A stretch of DNA of 64,000 nt from Pelagibacteraceae bacterium (GTDB taxonomy: Bacteria > Pseudomonadota > Alphaproteobacteria > Pelagibacterales > AG-422-B15): NCBI GenBank assembly GCA_038103905.1, contig JAYNZW010000004.1, forward strand, positions 39,658 to 103,657. The letters are read 5' to 3'. The position numbers and the translations under genes were made by a program. The stretch's first letter is position 1; every line of letters begins with the position of its first letter. The notes beneath the pieces are model-generated. The model was not told the DNA's origin, searched no databases, and worked only from the letters and a program-made list of their open reading frames with translations. This document shows, piece by piece, positions 28,838 to 41,731 of this stretch.

Positions 28838-29936
28838 TGATACAAAAAGAATAGTAATTAAAATTGGATCTTCATTACTATTTCATGAAGATAACAATAA
28901 ATTAAATGAAAAATGGCTATTAAGCCTTGCTGAAGATATTCGTTATTTGAATGAAAATAATAAAGAAGTAATTATTGTTACATCGGGTGCCATTGCTCTA
29001 GGTGCAAAAGACTTAGATCTAGATAGAAATGAAATGAAATTAGATATAAATCAAGCTATTTCATCTGTGGGACAAATACATTTAATGAGCTCTTATAAAA
29101 ATGCTTTCGAAAAAAATGAAATAAAAATTGCTCAGATTCTTCTTACTTTAGATGATACAGAGCAAAGAAGAAGATCAATTAATGCAAGACGAACAATTGA
29201 CACTTTGCTTAAGATGGGAATAGTTCCTATTGTAAATGAAAATGACACTATTGCTACAAGTGAAATAAAATATGGAGATAATGATAGACTTGCATCAAGA
29301 GTTGCACAGATCACAAGCTCTGATTGTTTGATATTACTTTCCAATATAAATGGCTTATATTCATCAGACCCAAAAAATAATGATAAAATAAAATTAATTT
29401 CTGAAATCACTGAAATTAATGAAGATATTGAAAAAATGGTTGGTGACTCTGTCTCGGAACTTGGAAAAGGAGGAATGAAAACAAAGATTTCAGCTGCAAA
29501 AACTGCAATGGCCTCTGGATGCCACATGGCAATCACCAATGGCACAATCGATAACCCAATCAAAGCCCTGTTTAAAAAAAGACCATGTACATGGTTTAAG
29601 CCTTCAAGAACACCATTAGCAGCTAGAAAACAGTGGATTGTAGGAACGATGAAACCTATTGGAACAGTAATTATTGATAATGGAGCCGTTAAAGCTCTAA
29701 AAAAAGGGAGCAGTTTATTACCCGCTGGTATAATTCAAGTTACTGGTGACTTTTCACGTGGTGATGTAATATCTGTATTATCAAAAGAAAATGAAAAAAT
29801 TGGACTTGGACTCGCTGGATATTCCTCTAATGATGCAAATAAAATAATGGGTCACAAAAGTAATGAAATTGCTGAGATACTAAATTACTCTTTCAGAGAA
29901 GAATTAATACATAAAGATGATCTAGTTTTATTATGA
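28827..29936 (+). CDS. proB: Glutamate 5-kinase
   Basis: Amino-acid kinase domain (IVIKIGSS, VTSGA) plus a C-terminal PUA domain. ATG at 28827 with a GGGAG RBS; it overlaps the obg 3' end. Confidence 0.9.
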   Translation: MNFDDTKRIVIKIGSSLLFHEDNNKLNEKWLLSLAEDIRYLNENNKEVIIVTSGAIALGAKDLDLDRNEMKLDINQAISSVGQIHLMSSYKNAFEKNEIKIAQILLTLDDTEQRRRSINARRTIDTLLKMGIVPIVNENDTIATSEIKYGDNDRLASRVAQITSSDCLILLSNINGLYSSDPKNNDKIKLISEITEINEDIEKMVGDSVSELGKGGMKTKISAAKTAMASGCHMAITNGTIDNPIKALFKKRPCTWFKPSRTPLAARKQWIVGTMKPIGTVIIDNGAVKALKKGSSLLPAGIIQVTGDFSRGDVISVLSKENEKIGLGLAGYSSNDANKIMGHKSNEIAEILNYSFREELIHKDDLVLL

Positions 29937-31189
29937 GTATAAATGAAGAGTTAAATAATATTGGAAAAAAAAGTTTAATTGCCTCAGATCAAGTAAAAAA
30001 TTTTACATCTGATGAAAAAAATAATTTGCTTATTAAGATTTCAGAGCAAATTAATCTTGATAGAGACTTAATACTTGAAGCTAATAAAAAAGATATATCA
30101 ATCGCTACTGAATCAATTGATAAAGCTATGCTTGATAGATTGGCATTAAATTCTGAAAGAGTTGACTCTATTATTAAATCAATTGAGGACATTGTATCTC
30201 TTGAAGATCCAATAAATAAAGTACTTAATAAAAATGAAAGACCGAATGGGATGGTGGTCGAGAGAATTTCTGTTCCCTTAGGTGTAATTGGAATAATTTA
30301 TGAAAGTCGACCAAACGTCACAATTGATGCTAGTGTCTTATGCTTAAAAGCTGGTAATTCAGTCATTCTGAGAGGTGGAAAGGAATCATATTATTCAAAT
30401 TTGCAACTTGCAAATTCGGCACGTAATGCACTTCGAGAAGCTGGCTATGATGAAAATATTATTCAGTTCATAGAAACTATAAATAGAGATGCGGTTGATT
30501 ATATGCTTTCAGAGATGGGGCAGTATATTGATGTGATAATACCGAGAGGAGGAAAAGGACTCGTAAAAAAAGTTCAAGATAAAGCCAAAATTCCTGTGAT
30601 TGGTCATCTAGACGGTATTTGTCATGTATATGTTGATGAATATGCCGATAAAGATAAAGCAGAACAATTAGTGAATAATTCAAAATTGAGAAGAACAGGA
30701 ATTTGTGGTGCTGCTGAAACCCTACTAATACATAAAAATTGTGTTGAGAGTCATATGCCAAATATCTTAAACCTCCTCAAAAATGGTGGATGTGAAATTA
30801 GAGGAGATGAAACAGTAATAGAAAATTTTCCAGATTTAGCAAAAGCAAATGAAGATGATTGGAAGACTGAATATCTAGACTCGATTATTTCAGTTAAAGT
30901 TGTTAAAAATGTAAATGAAGCTATAGAACATATTGCTAAATATGGCTCTAATCATACTGAAAGTATAATTACTGAAGATATCAATAATGCTGAATTATTT
31001 CTCAATCATGTCAGTAGTGCGATTGTTATGCATAATACATCTACCCAATTTGCTGATGGAGGTGAGTTTGGTCTTGGAGCAGAAATTGGCATTGCTACAG
31101 GAAAACTTCATGCAAGAGGACCTGTTGGATTAGAAGGACTAACGACCTATAAGTATAAAGTTAGGGGCAATGGTCAAATTAGACCGTAA
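29933..31189 (+). CDS. proA: Glutamate-5-semialdehyde dehydrogenase
   Basis: 418 aa with IYESRPNVT, ILRGG.E and active-site Cys region motifs. It overlaps proB by 4 nt. Confidence 0.9.
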   Translation: MSINEELNNIGKKSLIASDQVKNFTSDEKNNLLIKISEQINLDRDLILEANKKDISIATESIDKAMLDRLALNSERVDSIIKSIEDIVSLEDPINKVLNKNERPNGMVVERISVPLGVIGIIYESRPNVTIDASVLCLKAGNSVILRGGKESYYSNLQLANSARNALREAGYDENIIQFIETINRDAVDYMLSEMGQYIDVIIPRGGKGLVKKVQDKAKIPVIGHLDGICHVYVDEYADKDKAEQLVNNSKLRRTGICGAAETLLIHKNCVESHMPNILNLLKNGGCEIRGDETVIENFPDLAKANEDDWKTEYLDSIISVKVVKNVNEAIEHIAKYGSNHTESIITEDINNAELFLNHVSSAIVMHNTSTQFADGGEFGLGAEIGIATGKLHARGPVGLEGLTTYKYKVRGNGQIRP

Positions 31190-31194
31190 TAAGA

Positions 31195-31752
31195 ATGAGA
31201 ATTGGTATACTTGGCAGCTCCTTTAATCCACCACATGAAGGTCATTTGAAAATTAGTGATAAAGCAATCAATTTATTTGCTCTTGATCAGATATGGTGGC
31301 TTATAACAAAAAAGAATCCATTCAAAAATAAAAATCTCTATATAAATTTTAAAGAAAGAGAAAATAAAATTAAATCGATGATTGATAATGAAAGAATTAA
31401 ATTAAAGTACTTTGAGGAGAATACACAATCAAATTATTTAATAGATAATCTATTATATATTAAAAGTAATTTCGCAGAAAATGAATATATTTTTTTAATG
31501 GGCAGCGACTCATTTATTGAGATAGATAAATGGAAAGATTATAATAACATTTTCAAAGAAATACGAATAGCTGTATTCAATCGTGGATCAAATGTTAATC
31601 AAATAAATAATTGTAAAGCAGGCGTTGAATATAACAAATTCAAATTTGAATATCCTGGAGAAGATATTTTTAATAATAGGCTGCCAAGTTGGACATTTAT
31701 TTCAGATTTTAGTATTAATGTTTCATCAAGTGAAATGAGAAAGCAAAAATAA
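31195..31752 (+). CDS. nadD: Nicotinate-nucleotide adenylyltransferase
   Basis: GSSFNPPHEGH nucleotidyltransferase motif and a C-terminal SSSEMR motif. Confidence 0.85.
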   Translation: MRIGILGSSFNPPHEGHLKISDKAINLFALDQIWWLITKKNPFKNKNLYINFKERENKIKSMIDNERIKLKYFEENTQSNYLIDNLLYIKSNFAENEYIFLMGSDSFIEIDKWKDYNNIFKEIRIAVFNRGSNVNQINNCKAGVEYNKFKFEYPGEDIFNNRLPSWTFISDFSINVSSSEMRKQK

Positions 31753-31756
31753 TATA

Positions 31757-32077
31757 GTGGACATTCTAAAAAACATTATTGAGGATTTAGAGGATAATAA
31801 GGCTATTGATATTGTTAGCTTGGATGTTAAAGAAAAAACTTCAATAACTGATTTTATGGTCTTTGCTACTGGAACTTCAAATAGACATATACATTCTCTT
31901 TCTCGCTCAATCTACGAAAAACTCAAAAAAAATGGATTTACAAACTCTGTAGTAGAAGGAGATAATTCCACTGGATGGATCGTAATTGATACAGGCGATG
32001 TTGTAGTTCACATTTTTAAAAAAGAATCTAGAGAATTTTATAATTTAGAAAAAATGTGGTCCGCTGAAATTGAATAA
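31757..32077 (+). CDS. rsfS: Ribosome silencing factor RsfS (Iojap)
   Basis: 106 aa with an ...ITDFMVFATGTSNRHI.. motif. GTG start. Confidence 0.85.
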   Translation: MDILKNIIEDLEDNKAIDIVSLDVKEKTSITDFMVFATGTSNRHIHSLSRSIYEKLKKNGFTNSVVEGDNSTGWIVIDTGDVVVHIFKKESREFYNLEKMWSAEIE

Positions 32078-32082
32078 ATTTT

Positions 32083-32520
32083 ATGAAGATTGATATTTTT
32101 TATCATGATAAATTTAAATTTAGTTTTGAAAAAGATTTAGCAGAAATTTATTTAAAACGCCTTAAAAGTATTCCAAAAAGTATAGTTTCATCAGTCAATT
32201 ATAAAAAAATAAACTCAAAAGAATTAAAAAAAATTGTAAGTGAGAATAAGAATAAATCTTATTTAGTTTTTCTTGATGAAGAAGGAAAACAATTATCTTC
32301 AAAACAATTATCTGATTTCATTTTTTCAAAGATAAATAAAAATTTGATTTTCTTCATTGGTGCTACGGATGGTTTTAATGAAGAAATATTAAAATTTAGT
32401 GATCTTTCATTGTCGTTAGGAAAAATGACCTATACTCATTCATTTGCTCTAATTATTTTATTAGAACAAATATATAGATCTGCTACTATTAAAATAAATC
32501 ATCCATATCATAGAGAGTAA
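32083..32520 (+). CDS. rlmH: 23S rRNA (pseudouridine1915-N3)-methyltransferase
   Basis: 145-aa SPOUT protein with a FFIGATDGF...H.....LLEQIYR..TI....PYHRE C-terminus. Confidence 0.85.
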   Translation: MKIDIFYHDKFKFSFEKDLAEIYLKRLKSIPKSIVSSVNYKKINSKELKKIVSENKNKSYLVFLDEEGKQLSSKQLSDFIFSKINKNLIFFIGATDGFNEEILKFSDLSLSLGKMTYTHSFALIILLEQIYRSATIKINHPYHRE

Positions 32521-32521
32521 T

Positions 32522-33670
32522 ATGAAATCATTTCTTATAACTTGTTTACTAATTATTGCATTTTCTTTGAGCTCGAGTTATGCGGAAAGTAATAAAAATT
32601 TATATGAAAAGCTAGATTCGTTTGGAGATGTATTTGACTTAATTCAAAAGAATTATGTTGAAGAAGTTGAAGATGAAAAAGTAATTGAATTTGCAATTAA
32701 TGGAATGCTTCAAGCTTTAGATCCTCACTCAGGTTATATGAATACCGAACAGTATATTGAAATGCAGGAAGAAACAGAGGGTGAGTTTGGTGGTTTAGGA
32801 ATTGAAGTAACTATGGAAAATGGATTTATAAAAATCATCACTCCAATAGATGATACTCCCGCAGCTGAAGCAGGGGTAATGCCTGGAGATTTTATAACTC
32901 ATATTAATGGAGAGAGTATCCAGGGACAATCTTTGCAGGAAGGTGTAGAAAAATTAAGAGGTTTGGTGGGTACAAGTGTAGAAATATCTATAGCACGTGC
33001 TGGTGAAGATGAGGTTCTAATTAAATCAATTAAAAGAGCTATTATTACAGTTCAAGCTGTAAAATTCAGACGTGAAGATAATATTGGTTACATAAGACTA
33101 ATTTCTTTCAGCGAACAGGCTGGAAAAGGAATCAAAAAAGCAATTAAATCATTACAAAAAGAAATAGGTGAAAAAAATATATCAGGATTTATTTTAGATT
33201 TAAGAAATAATCCAGGTGGCTTGCTGGGCCAGTCTATTGATGTAACAAATCATTTCCTGAGTTCAGGAGAAATAGTTTCGACAAAAGGTAGAGGTAAAAG
33301 AAATATTGCTCGATTTGATGCAACAAAAGGTGATCTAACTAATGGGAAGCCCCTTATTGTTCTAATTAATGAGGGTTCTGCATCAGCTTCTGAAATTGTA
33401 GCTGGAGCACTGCAAGATCACAAAAGAGCAATAATACTAGGGGCGCAGTCTTATGGAAAAGGGTCTGTTCAAACAATCTTTCCCCTAAATGATAAAAGTG
33501 CAATTCGTATGACTACAGCTCTATATTACACACCTTCTGGTGACTCAATTCATAAAATTGGTGTAATTCCAGACATTGAAGTCAAAAGTGATTTCAGTAA
33601 TGAAAATGAGACTGATAAACAATTAGATTATGCTTTGGAATTGCTGAATGAAGAAAAATCAATTAATTAA
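32522..33670 (+). CDS. ctpA: Carboxy-terminal processing protease (S41)
   Basis: Signal peptide, a PDZ region (GGLGIEV), and an S41 catalytic block (LINEGSASASEIVAGALQD...GKGSVQ). Confidence 0.9.
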   Translation: MKSFLITCLLIIAFSLSSSYAESNKNLYEKLDSFGDVFDLIQKNYVEEVEDEKVIEFAINGMLQALDPHSGYMNTEQYIEMQEETEGEFGGLGIEVTMENGFIKIITPIDDTPAAEAGVMPGDFITHINGESIQGQSLQEGVEKLRGLVGTSVEISIARAGEDEVLIKSIKRAIITVQAVKFRREDNIGYIRLISFSEQAGKGIKKAIKSLQKEIGEKNISGFILDLRNNPGGLLGQSIDVTNHFLSSGEIVSTKGRGKRNIARFDATKGDLTNGKPLIVLINEGSASASEIVAGALQDHKRAIILGAQSYGKGSVQTIFPLNDKSAIRMTTALYYTPSGDSIHKIGVIPDIEVKSDFSNENETDKQLDYALELLNEEKSIN

Positions 33671-34139
33671 AAATACTTCAAAGATATATAGAAAAGGCGT
33701 TGGGATAATGCTTCTTAATGAAGAAGGAAAAATCTTTGTTGGTCAAAGATTTGATAAAGATAAAGCTGCATGGCAAATGCCACAAGGTGGCATTGATAAA
33801 GGTGAGAAATCTATCGAAGCTCTAAAAAGAGAATTAGAAGAAGAAACAGGAATCAAAAATAATTTTGAAATTTTAAAAAAGAGTAAAAAAAAATATACAT
33901 ATGACTTACCTTCTGCGCTACAAAAAAAATTATGGAAAGGAAGATTTAAAGGTCAGGAGCAAAGATGGTACTTATTAAGGTTTAAAGGTAGTGACAGTGA
34001 AATAAATATTAATACAAAAAAACCTGAATTTAAAAATTGGAAATGGGTTTCAAATATAGAATTAATTAAAAAAATTGTACCATTTAAAAGAGAACTTTAT
34101 AAAGCTGTGCTAGATGAGTTTAAAGATTATTTAGTTTAG
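33648..34139 (+). CDS. rppH: RNA pyrophosphohydrolase (Nudix)
   Basis: WQMPQGGIDKGE....A..REL.EETGI Nudix box. Its 3' end overlaps the convergent atpC by 9 nt. Confidence 0.85.
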   Translation: MKKNQLIKNTSKIYRKGVGIMLLNEEGKIFVGQRFDKDKAAWQMPQGGIDKGEKSIEALKRELEEETGIKNNFEILKKSKKKYTYDLPSALQKKLWKGRFKGQEQRWYLLRFKGSDSEININTKKPEFKNWKWVSNIELIKKIVPFKRELYKAVLDEFKDYLV

Positions 34140-34520
34140 AAGTAATTTCAAGCTATCTAATTTTGTCATAATCTTATTTTTTTCTGACTCAGAGGCATTT
34201 GAAATTAGCTCATTATATTCTTCAATTTTGCTGCTAATAAAATCTGTATTTATTTCATTTTCATCCGCAACTTCTTCTGCAACAAGTAACAGCTCATTAT
34301 CAGTAAATTTTACGAATCCCCCATCTACATAAAATTGCACATTAGAATTGTCATCTTTTACAACTTTAATTATTCCAGGCCTTATTGAAGTAATAAAATT
34401 TGTATGTTGGGCAAGAAATCCTATGTCTCCCTCAACTCCAGGAACTGTTATTTGTTCAGCTTGACCCTCTAGATAGATCTTTTCAGGAGTAACAAGTTTA
34501 AAAGAAAAATAATCTGACAT
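34131..34520 (-). CDS. atpC: F0F1 ATP synthase subunit epsilon
   Basis: 129 aa, the last gene of the atpHAGDC operon, with a typical beta-sandwich N-terminus (F.L.TPE...). Confidence 0.9.
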   Translation of the reverse strand: MSDYFSFKLVTPEKIYLEGQAEQITVPGVEGDIGFLAQHTNFITSIRPGIIKVVKDDNSNVQFYVDGGFVKFTDNELLLVAEEVADENEINTDFISSKIEEYNELISNASESEKNKIMTKLDSLKLLLN

Positions 34521-34525
34521 ATTTT

Positions 34526-36852
<2,327 letters not shown>

Positions 36853-36858
36853 AATTAA

Positions 36859-38385
36859 TTATCTACTTTTCTTAAACTCTTCTATTATACCAATAAGTTT
36901 ATCTCTAATATCGTCATCAAGATTTCCAGACTCATTAATTGAATTTATTACATCTTGATGAGATGATCTCATTAAATCAATTAAGTCTGACTCAAATGAT
37001 TTAATTTGACCCAAATCAATATCATCTAAATATCCATTTACTCCAGAGAAAACTGATATGACCTGTTCAGCTACACTGAGAGGCGAATATTGATTTTGTT
37101 TTAATAGCTCTGTTAGTTTAGAACCACGATTTAACAATCTCTGTGTTGAAGCATCAAGATCTGACCCAAACTGCGCAAATGCAGCCATTTCACGGTATTG
37201 AGCAAGTTCTAACTTAATAGATCCTGCAACTTTTTTCATTGCTTTTGTTTGTGCAGCAGAACCAACCCTTGAAACACTCAAACCTACGTTTACCGCTGGT
37301 CTTATTCCTTGGTTAAATAATTCTGTTTCTAAGAAAATTTGACCATCAGTAATTGAAATAACATTTGTTGGAATAAAAGCACTAACATCATTAGCTTGTG
37401 TTTCAATGATAGGTAAGGCTGTAAGTGAGCCTCCACCTTGATCATCGTTTAATTTAGCAGCTCTTTCTAATAACCTACTGTGAAGATAAAACACATCACC
37501 AGGGAAAGCTTCTCGTCCTGGAGGTCTTCTTAATAGTAATGACATCTGTCTATAAGCAACAGCTTGTTTTGATAAATCGTCATAAATAATCAAAGCATGC
37601 ATTCCATTATCCCTAAAATATTCTGCTATAGAACAGCCAGTATAAGGCGCTAGAAATTGAAGTGGAGCTGCATCACTTGCTGATGCTGATACAACCGTTG
37701 TGTATTCCATCGCACCTGCTTCTTCAAGAGTTTTCACAATCTGTGCAATTGAAGACCGCTTCTGACCAATTCCTACATAAACACAGTATAATTTTTTTGA
37801 TTCATCATTACCTTCATTGATTGATTTTTGATTAATTATCGCGTCAATTGCGATGGCAGTCTTACCAGTTTGTCTATCTCCAATTATGAGCTCTCTTTGT
37901 CCTCTACCAACAGGAATGAGGCTATCTATAGCTTTTAATCCAGTCTGCATCGGTTCAGAAACAGATTTTCTCGGAATAATTCCTGGTGCTTTAACTTCAA
38001 TTCGACTTCTTGTATCAGACTCAATATTCCCTTTACCATCAATTGGATTTCCAAGTGCATCTACAACACGTCCTAAAAGACTTTTACCAACAGGAACATC
38101 AACAATTGTGTTAGTTCTTTTAACAGTATCCCCCTCTTTGATTGCTGAGTCACTTCCAAATAAAACAACACCAACGTTGTCATCCTCCAAATTTAATGCC
38201 ATTCCTTTAGTACCGTCAGCAAATGCAACCATTTCACCGGCTTGAACATTATCTAATCCATGTATTCTCGCAATACCATCACCAATTGACAAAACTTGCC
38301 CAACTTCTGTTATTTCTGAATCGGTACCAAAGTTTTTGATTTCTTCTTTTAAAATTTTTGATATTTCAGATGGTTGTATATCCAT
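36859..38385 (-). CDS. atpA: F0F1 ATP synthase subunit alpha
   Basis: Walker A GDRQTGKT with the typical alpha-subunit blocks. Confidence 0.97.
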   Translation of the reverse strand: MDIQPSEISKILKEEIKNFGTDSEITEVGQVLSIGDGIARIHGLDNVQAGEMVAFADGTKGMALNLEDDNVGVVLFGSDSAIKEGDTVKRTNTIVDVPVGKSLLGRVVDALGNPIDGKGNIESDTRSRIEVKAPGIIPRKSVSEPMQTGLKAIDSLIPVGRGQRELIIGDRQTGKTAIAIDAIINQKSINEGNDESKKLYCVYVGIGQKRSSIAQIVKTLEEAGAMEYTTVVSASASDAAPLQFLAPYTGCSIAEYFRDNGMHALIIYDDLSKQAVAYRQMSLLLRRPPGREAFPGDVFYLHSRLLERAAKLNDDQGGGSLTALPIIETQANDVSAFIPTNVISITDGQIFLETELFNQGIRPAVNVGLSVSRVGSAAQTKAMKKVAGSIKLELAQYREMAAFAQFGSDLDASTQRLLNRGSKLTELLKQNQYSPLSVAEQVISVFSGVNGYLDDIDLGQIKSFESDLIDLMRSSHQDVINSINESGNLDDDIRDKLIGIIEEFKKSR

Positions 38386-38945
38386 TAAGCGACCTCTTTC
38401 ATTTTTGCTTTAAGTAAGTTGAGTTGATTTTTAATACTGGAGTCAATCATTTGACTGCCAACTTGAATCTTTAATCCGCCAATCAGAGATGAGTCTGTTA
38501 AAAGATTTATATTAAAATCTGAATTAAATTTATCCTTAAGTTTGATTTTAATTTTTGAGACTTCATCATCAGACAATTTATGTGCTGAAGTTATAGTTGC
38601 AAATTTGATACCCTTTAACTCTGACAATAAATTATTAAACGCACTGATCATTTCTAATATATAATGAACTCTATTTTTAATAATTATTAATCCAATAAAA
38701 TTATCCGTAAGCTTAGATAATTCTAATTTTTTAGAAACAGTTTCAAAAAACTTTATTTTCAAACTTTTTTTTATTGATGGATTTTGAATAAATTTTAATA
38801 TTTCAACATCAGAGCTTATGCTTGCTTTCAACCTAGATAAATCGTTTGAAACAGAGTCTAAAACCTTAGCTTCTTTTGCTAGTTGGAAAAGAGCGTTTGC
38901 GTATCTGCTGACAGAAACAAGCTGACGATTTTGGGCGTTTGTCAT
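38385..38945 (-). CDS. atpH: F0F1 ATP synthase subunit delta (OSCP)
   Basis: 186 aa in the first position of the operon, with the YA.ALF..A N-terminal motif and a GG..I.VG....D.S C-terminus. Confidence 0.85.
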   Translation of the reverse strand: MTNAQNRQLVSVSRYANALFQLAKEAKVLDSVSNDLSRLKASISSDVEILKFIQNPSIKKSLKIKFFETVSKKLELSKLTDNFIGLIIIKNRVHYILEMISAFNNLLSELKGIKFATITSAHKLSDDEVSKIKIKLKDKFNSDFNINLLTDSSLIGGLKIQVGSQMIDSSIKNQLNLLKAKMKEVA

Positions 38946-39025
38946 AGATTTTTATTAAAATTTCAAGCATTGAGTACCATTAAGTGGATGAATCTTCAAG
39001 TCCAACAATGTCACATTTACAAATT

Positions 39026-41008
39026 TTATATGAAGTTATAAGGGTCAATATCCACAGTTATATTTACTTTTGAATTTTGGGGATATTTCCCTATCCAATT
39101 GGTGATAAATTTCTGTATATTTCTGGCCTTTTTATCATGAATTAGAAACCTTTGCCTAAAATTGCCCTTCAATCTAGATAAAGGGGCAGGTGCTGGTCCA
39201 TATATTTCAATTTCTGGTATATCAGGTGCGTACTTTAATAAATTTAAACAGGTTTGATCTACTTCATTTTTTTTATGTCCACTTAAAATTACTGCTGCCA
39301 TTTTACCAATAGGTGGCAATTGAGACATTTTTCTATAGTTTAATTCAGTTTGATAAAACTTATTTCTATTCATCTCTTTGAGACTTATTATAGTCTCATT
39401 TTCTGGATAGTATGATTGGATAAAAACTGACCCGTCAGCATCCTCCCTTCCAGCTCGTCCTGCCACTTGATACAATAATTGATATGTTTTTTCTGCAGCC
39501 CTCATATCACCCCCTCTTAAAGTCATGTCTGCATCAATAATTCCTACACAGGTTAGAAGTGGAAAATGATAGCCTTTTGTAATTAGCTGGGTTCCAATAA
39601 TAATATCAAATTCATGATTTACAATTTGATCAACTTTTTTTGTAATGTCATCTGACTTAACGTGATCACTTGAAAACATACAGATCCTAGCTGTTGGAAA
39701 TAACCTTGATACTTCTGTAAAAACTTTTTCAATACCAACACCATAATCAATAAGATTAGTATCTTCATTTTTACAAGAGGGACATTCTAACTTAAAGGTA
39801 TCTAATTTATACCCACAGTGATGGCACAATAAATTTTTTGACCTTAGATGCTCAACTAAATAGCTAGAACAATTTTTACACGTTATCTTATTTCCACACG
39901 TTTTACATATTATGACTGGAGCGTAACCTCTTTTATTTATAAAGAGTAAAGTTTGTTTATTTTTGTATAAGTTTTTTTCGATTTGAATTTTTAACGTTTT
40001 AGATATCCACTCATCTTTTTTTAATTTTTCTTTCTTCATATCAACAATCTCCACTTTTGGAAAAGGGATATGTTGGTATTTAAAATTTAAAGAAACTTTG
40101 TCGTATTTTTTCTGCAAAACATTATAACTTGTTTCAAGAGAAGGAGTTGCGCTCACAAGTAAAAGTGAAATTTTTTCAATTGATGCACGTACCACTGCCA
40201 TATCCCTGGCCTGATAAATTCCTTTTTCTTCTTGTTTATATGAACCATCATGTTCTTCATCAATAATAATTAAACCCAGTTTATCAAAAGGTAAAAATAA
40301 TGCAGATCGTGCACCAACTACAATCTTTGCCTTACCACTCATTATTCTTTCTAATGAGTCTTTTTTTTGAGATGGGCTAATTTTTGAGTGCCAAACATCA
40401 GGATCTATTCCAAAATGATTTTTAATTCTCTTAACAAACTCAGAGGTGAGCGCAACTTCAGGAAATAGAATAAGAACCTGAAAATTTAAGCTTAGATTTT
40501 CTTCTATCGCTCTAAAATACACTTCAGTCTTGCCAGAGCCAGGTACACCGTCAATAACTATTGTATGATATTTTTTTTCTTTCAGCTTATCTGATATATA
40601 ACTTACAGCACTCTGTTGTTCCTTATTTAATTTTACTGATCTAATTTTTAATTCATCATTTTTTTCATATTTTTTTCTTAAGTCTTTAAAAAAAACTTCA
40701 TTATTTGGCAGCATCATTTTTAAAATATTACCCTTTTCAATTAAATTATAATTTGAAACCCATTCTAAAAACTTGAAATGTTTTGCCTTAAAAAGAAATT
40801 TATCTGATATAGATATAATTTTTTTTACTTTTGATTTTTCTAAGCTAGGATTTTTTAAATGTGCTGTTACAACGCCAACGTAACTTTTAGCTCTAAATGG
40901 AACTTTAACAATTGAACCAATTTCAAGATACTGGTCAATTTTATAAGTAAATTCTTTGCTTAAATTATAAGCCAGTAAAACATTTACAAAATATTGTTTT
41001 TTTGTCAT
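39026..41008 (-). CDS. priA: Primosomal replication restart helicase PriA
   Basis: Walker A GVPGSGKTEVY, a DEEH box, a Cys-rich zinc-binding insert (CKTCGNKITCKNCS...CHHCGY...CPSC) and a QVAGRAGR motif. Confidence 0.9.
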   Translation of the reverse strand: MTKKQYFVNVLLAYNLSKEFTYKIDQYLEIGSIVKVPFRAKSYVGVVTAHLKNPSLEKSKVKKIISISDKFLFKAKHFKFLEWVSNYNLIEKGNILKMMLPNNEVFFKDLRKKYEKNDELKIRSVKLNKEQQSAVSYISDKLKEKKYHTIVIDGVPGSGKTEVYFRAIEENLSLNFQVLILFPEVALTSEFVKRIKNHFGIDPDVWHSKISPSQKKDSLERIMSGKAKIVVGARSALFLPFDKLGLIIIDEEHDGSYKQEEKGIYQARDMAVVRASIEKISLLLVSATPSLETSYNVLQKKYDKVSLNFKYQHIPFPKVEIVDMKKEKLKKDEWISKTLKIQIEKNLYKNKQTLLFINKRGYAPVIICKTCGNKITCKNCSSYLVEHLRSKNLLCHHCGYKLDTFKLECPSCKNEDTNLIDYGVGIEKVFTEVSRLFPTARICMFSSDHVKSDDITKKVDQIVNHEFDIIIGTQLITKGYHFPLLTCVGIIDADMTLRGGDMRAAEKTYQLLYQVAGRAGREDADGSVFIQSYYPENETIISLKEMNRNKFYQTELNYRKMSQLPPIGKMAAVILSGHKKNEVDQTCLNLLKYAPDIPEIEIYGPAPAPLSRLKGNFRQRFLIHDKKARNIQKFITNWIGKYPQNSKVNITVDIDPYNFI

Positions 41009-41065
41009 TAATTGGAACAAATATTAATCTATGATATAATTAAATACATTAATAACACAATTTAT

Positions 41066-41722
41066 ATGAAATTTTTTCTAGATACCGCTGATACGGACAA
41101 GATAAGAAGTTTATATTCAACTGGCTTAGTTGATGGTGTCACTACCAATCCCTCTTTAATAGCAAAATCTGGAAAGGATTTTTTTGATACTTTAGCTGAA
41201 ATCTCATCATTCGTTACCGGTCCGATAAGTGCTGAGGTGACAGCTACTTCTTTTGAGGAAATGATTAAAGAAGGTGAAAAATTATCTAAAATTGCAAAAA
41301 ATATAGTTATAAAACTTCCCTTAACTGTAGAAGGTCTGAAGGCATCAAACTTTTTTTATGAAAAAAATATAAGTACAAATGTAACTCTCTGCTTCAGCCC
41401 CGCTCAAGCATTGATAGCAGCTAAATCTCATGCAACTTATATTTCTCCTTTCGTAGGAAGGTTAGACGATATTGGAGAAAACGGTATGGAATTAATAAAA
41501 AAAATAAAATCTATTTACAGTAATTATCCAGATTTAAAGACAAAAATATTGGTAGCATCGATTAGGAATTTAGACCATGTTATTGAGTCAGCAATTATTG
41601 GAGCAGACGTAGTTACTATACCTCCAAATGTATTGGAGATGCTCTACGAACATCCACTAACAAAAAAAGGCCTGGATGCATTTTTAGATGATTGGAAAAA
41701 AACTAATCAATCAATACTATAA
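41066..41722 (+). CDS. tal: Transaldolase (short type 3B / fructose-6-phosphate aldolase family)
   Basis: MKFFLDTAD......L...[10 protein letters not shown] and an IKLP block. I prefer the ATG at 41066 over the ORF-track start at 41012. Confidence 0.85.
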   Translation: MKFFLDTADTDKIRSLYSTGLVDGVTTNPSLIAKSGKDFFDTLAEISSFVTGPISAEVTATSFEEMIKEGEKLSKIAKNIVIKLPLTVEGLKASNFFYEKNISTNVTLCFSPAQALIAAKSHATYISPFVGRLDDIGENGMELIKKIKSIYSNYPDLKTKILVASIRNLDHVIESAIIGADVVTIPPNVLEMLYEHPLTKKGLDAFLDDWKKTNQSIL

Positions 41723-41731
41723 AATTTATAA

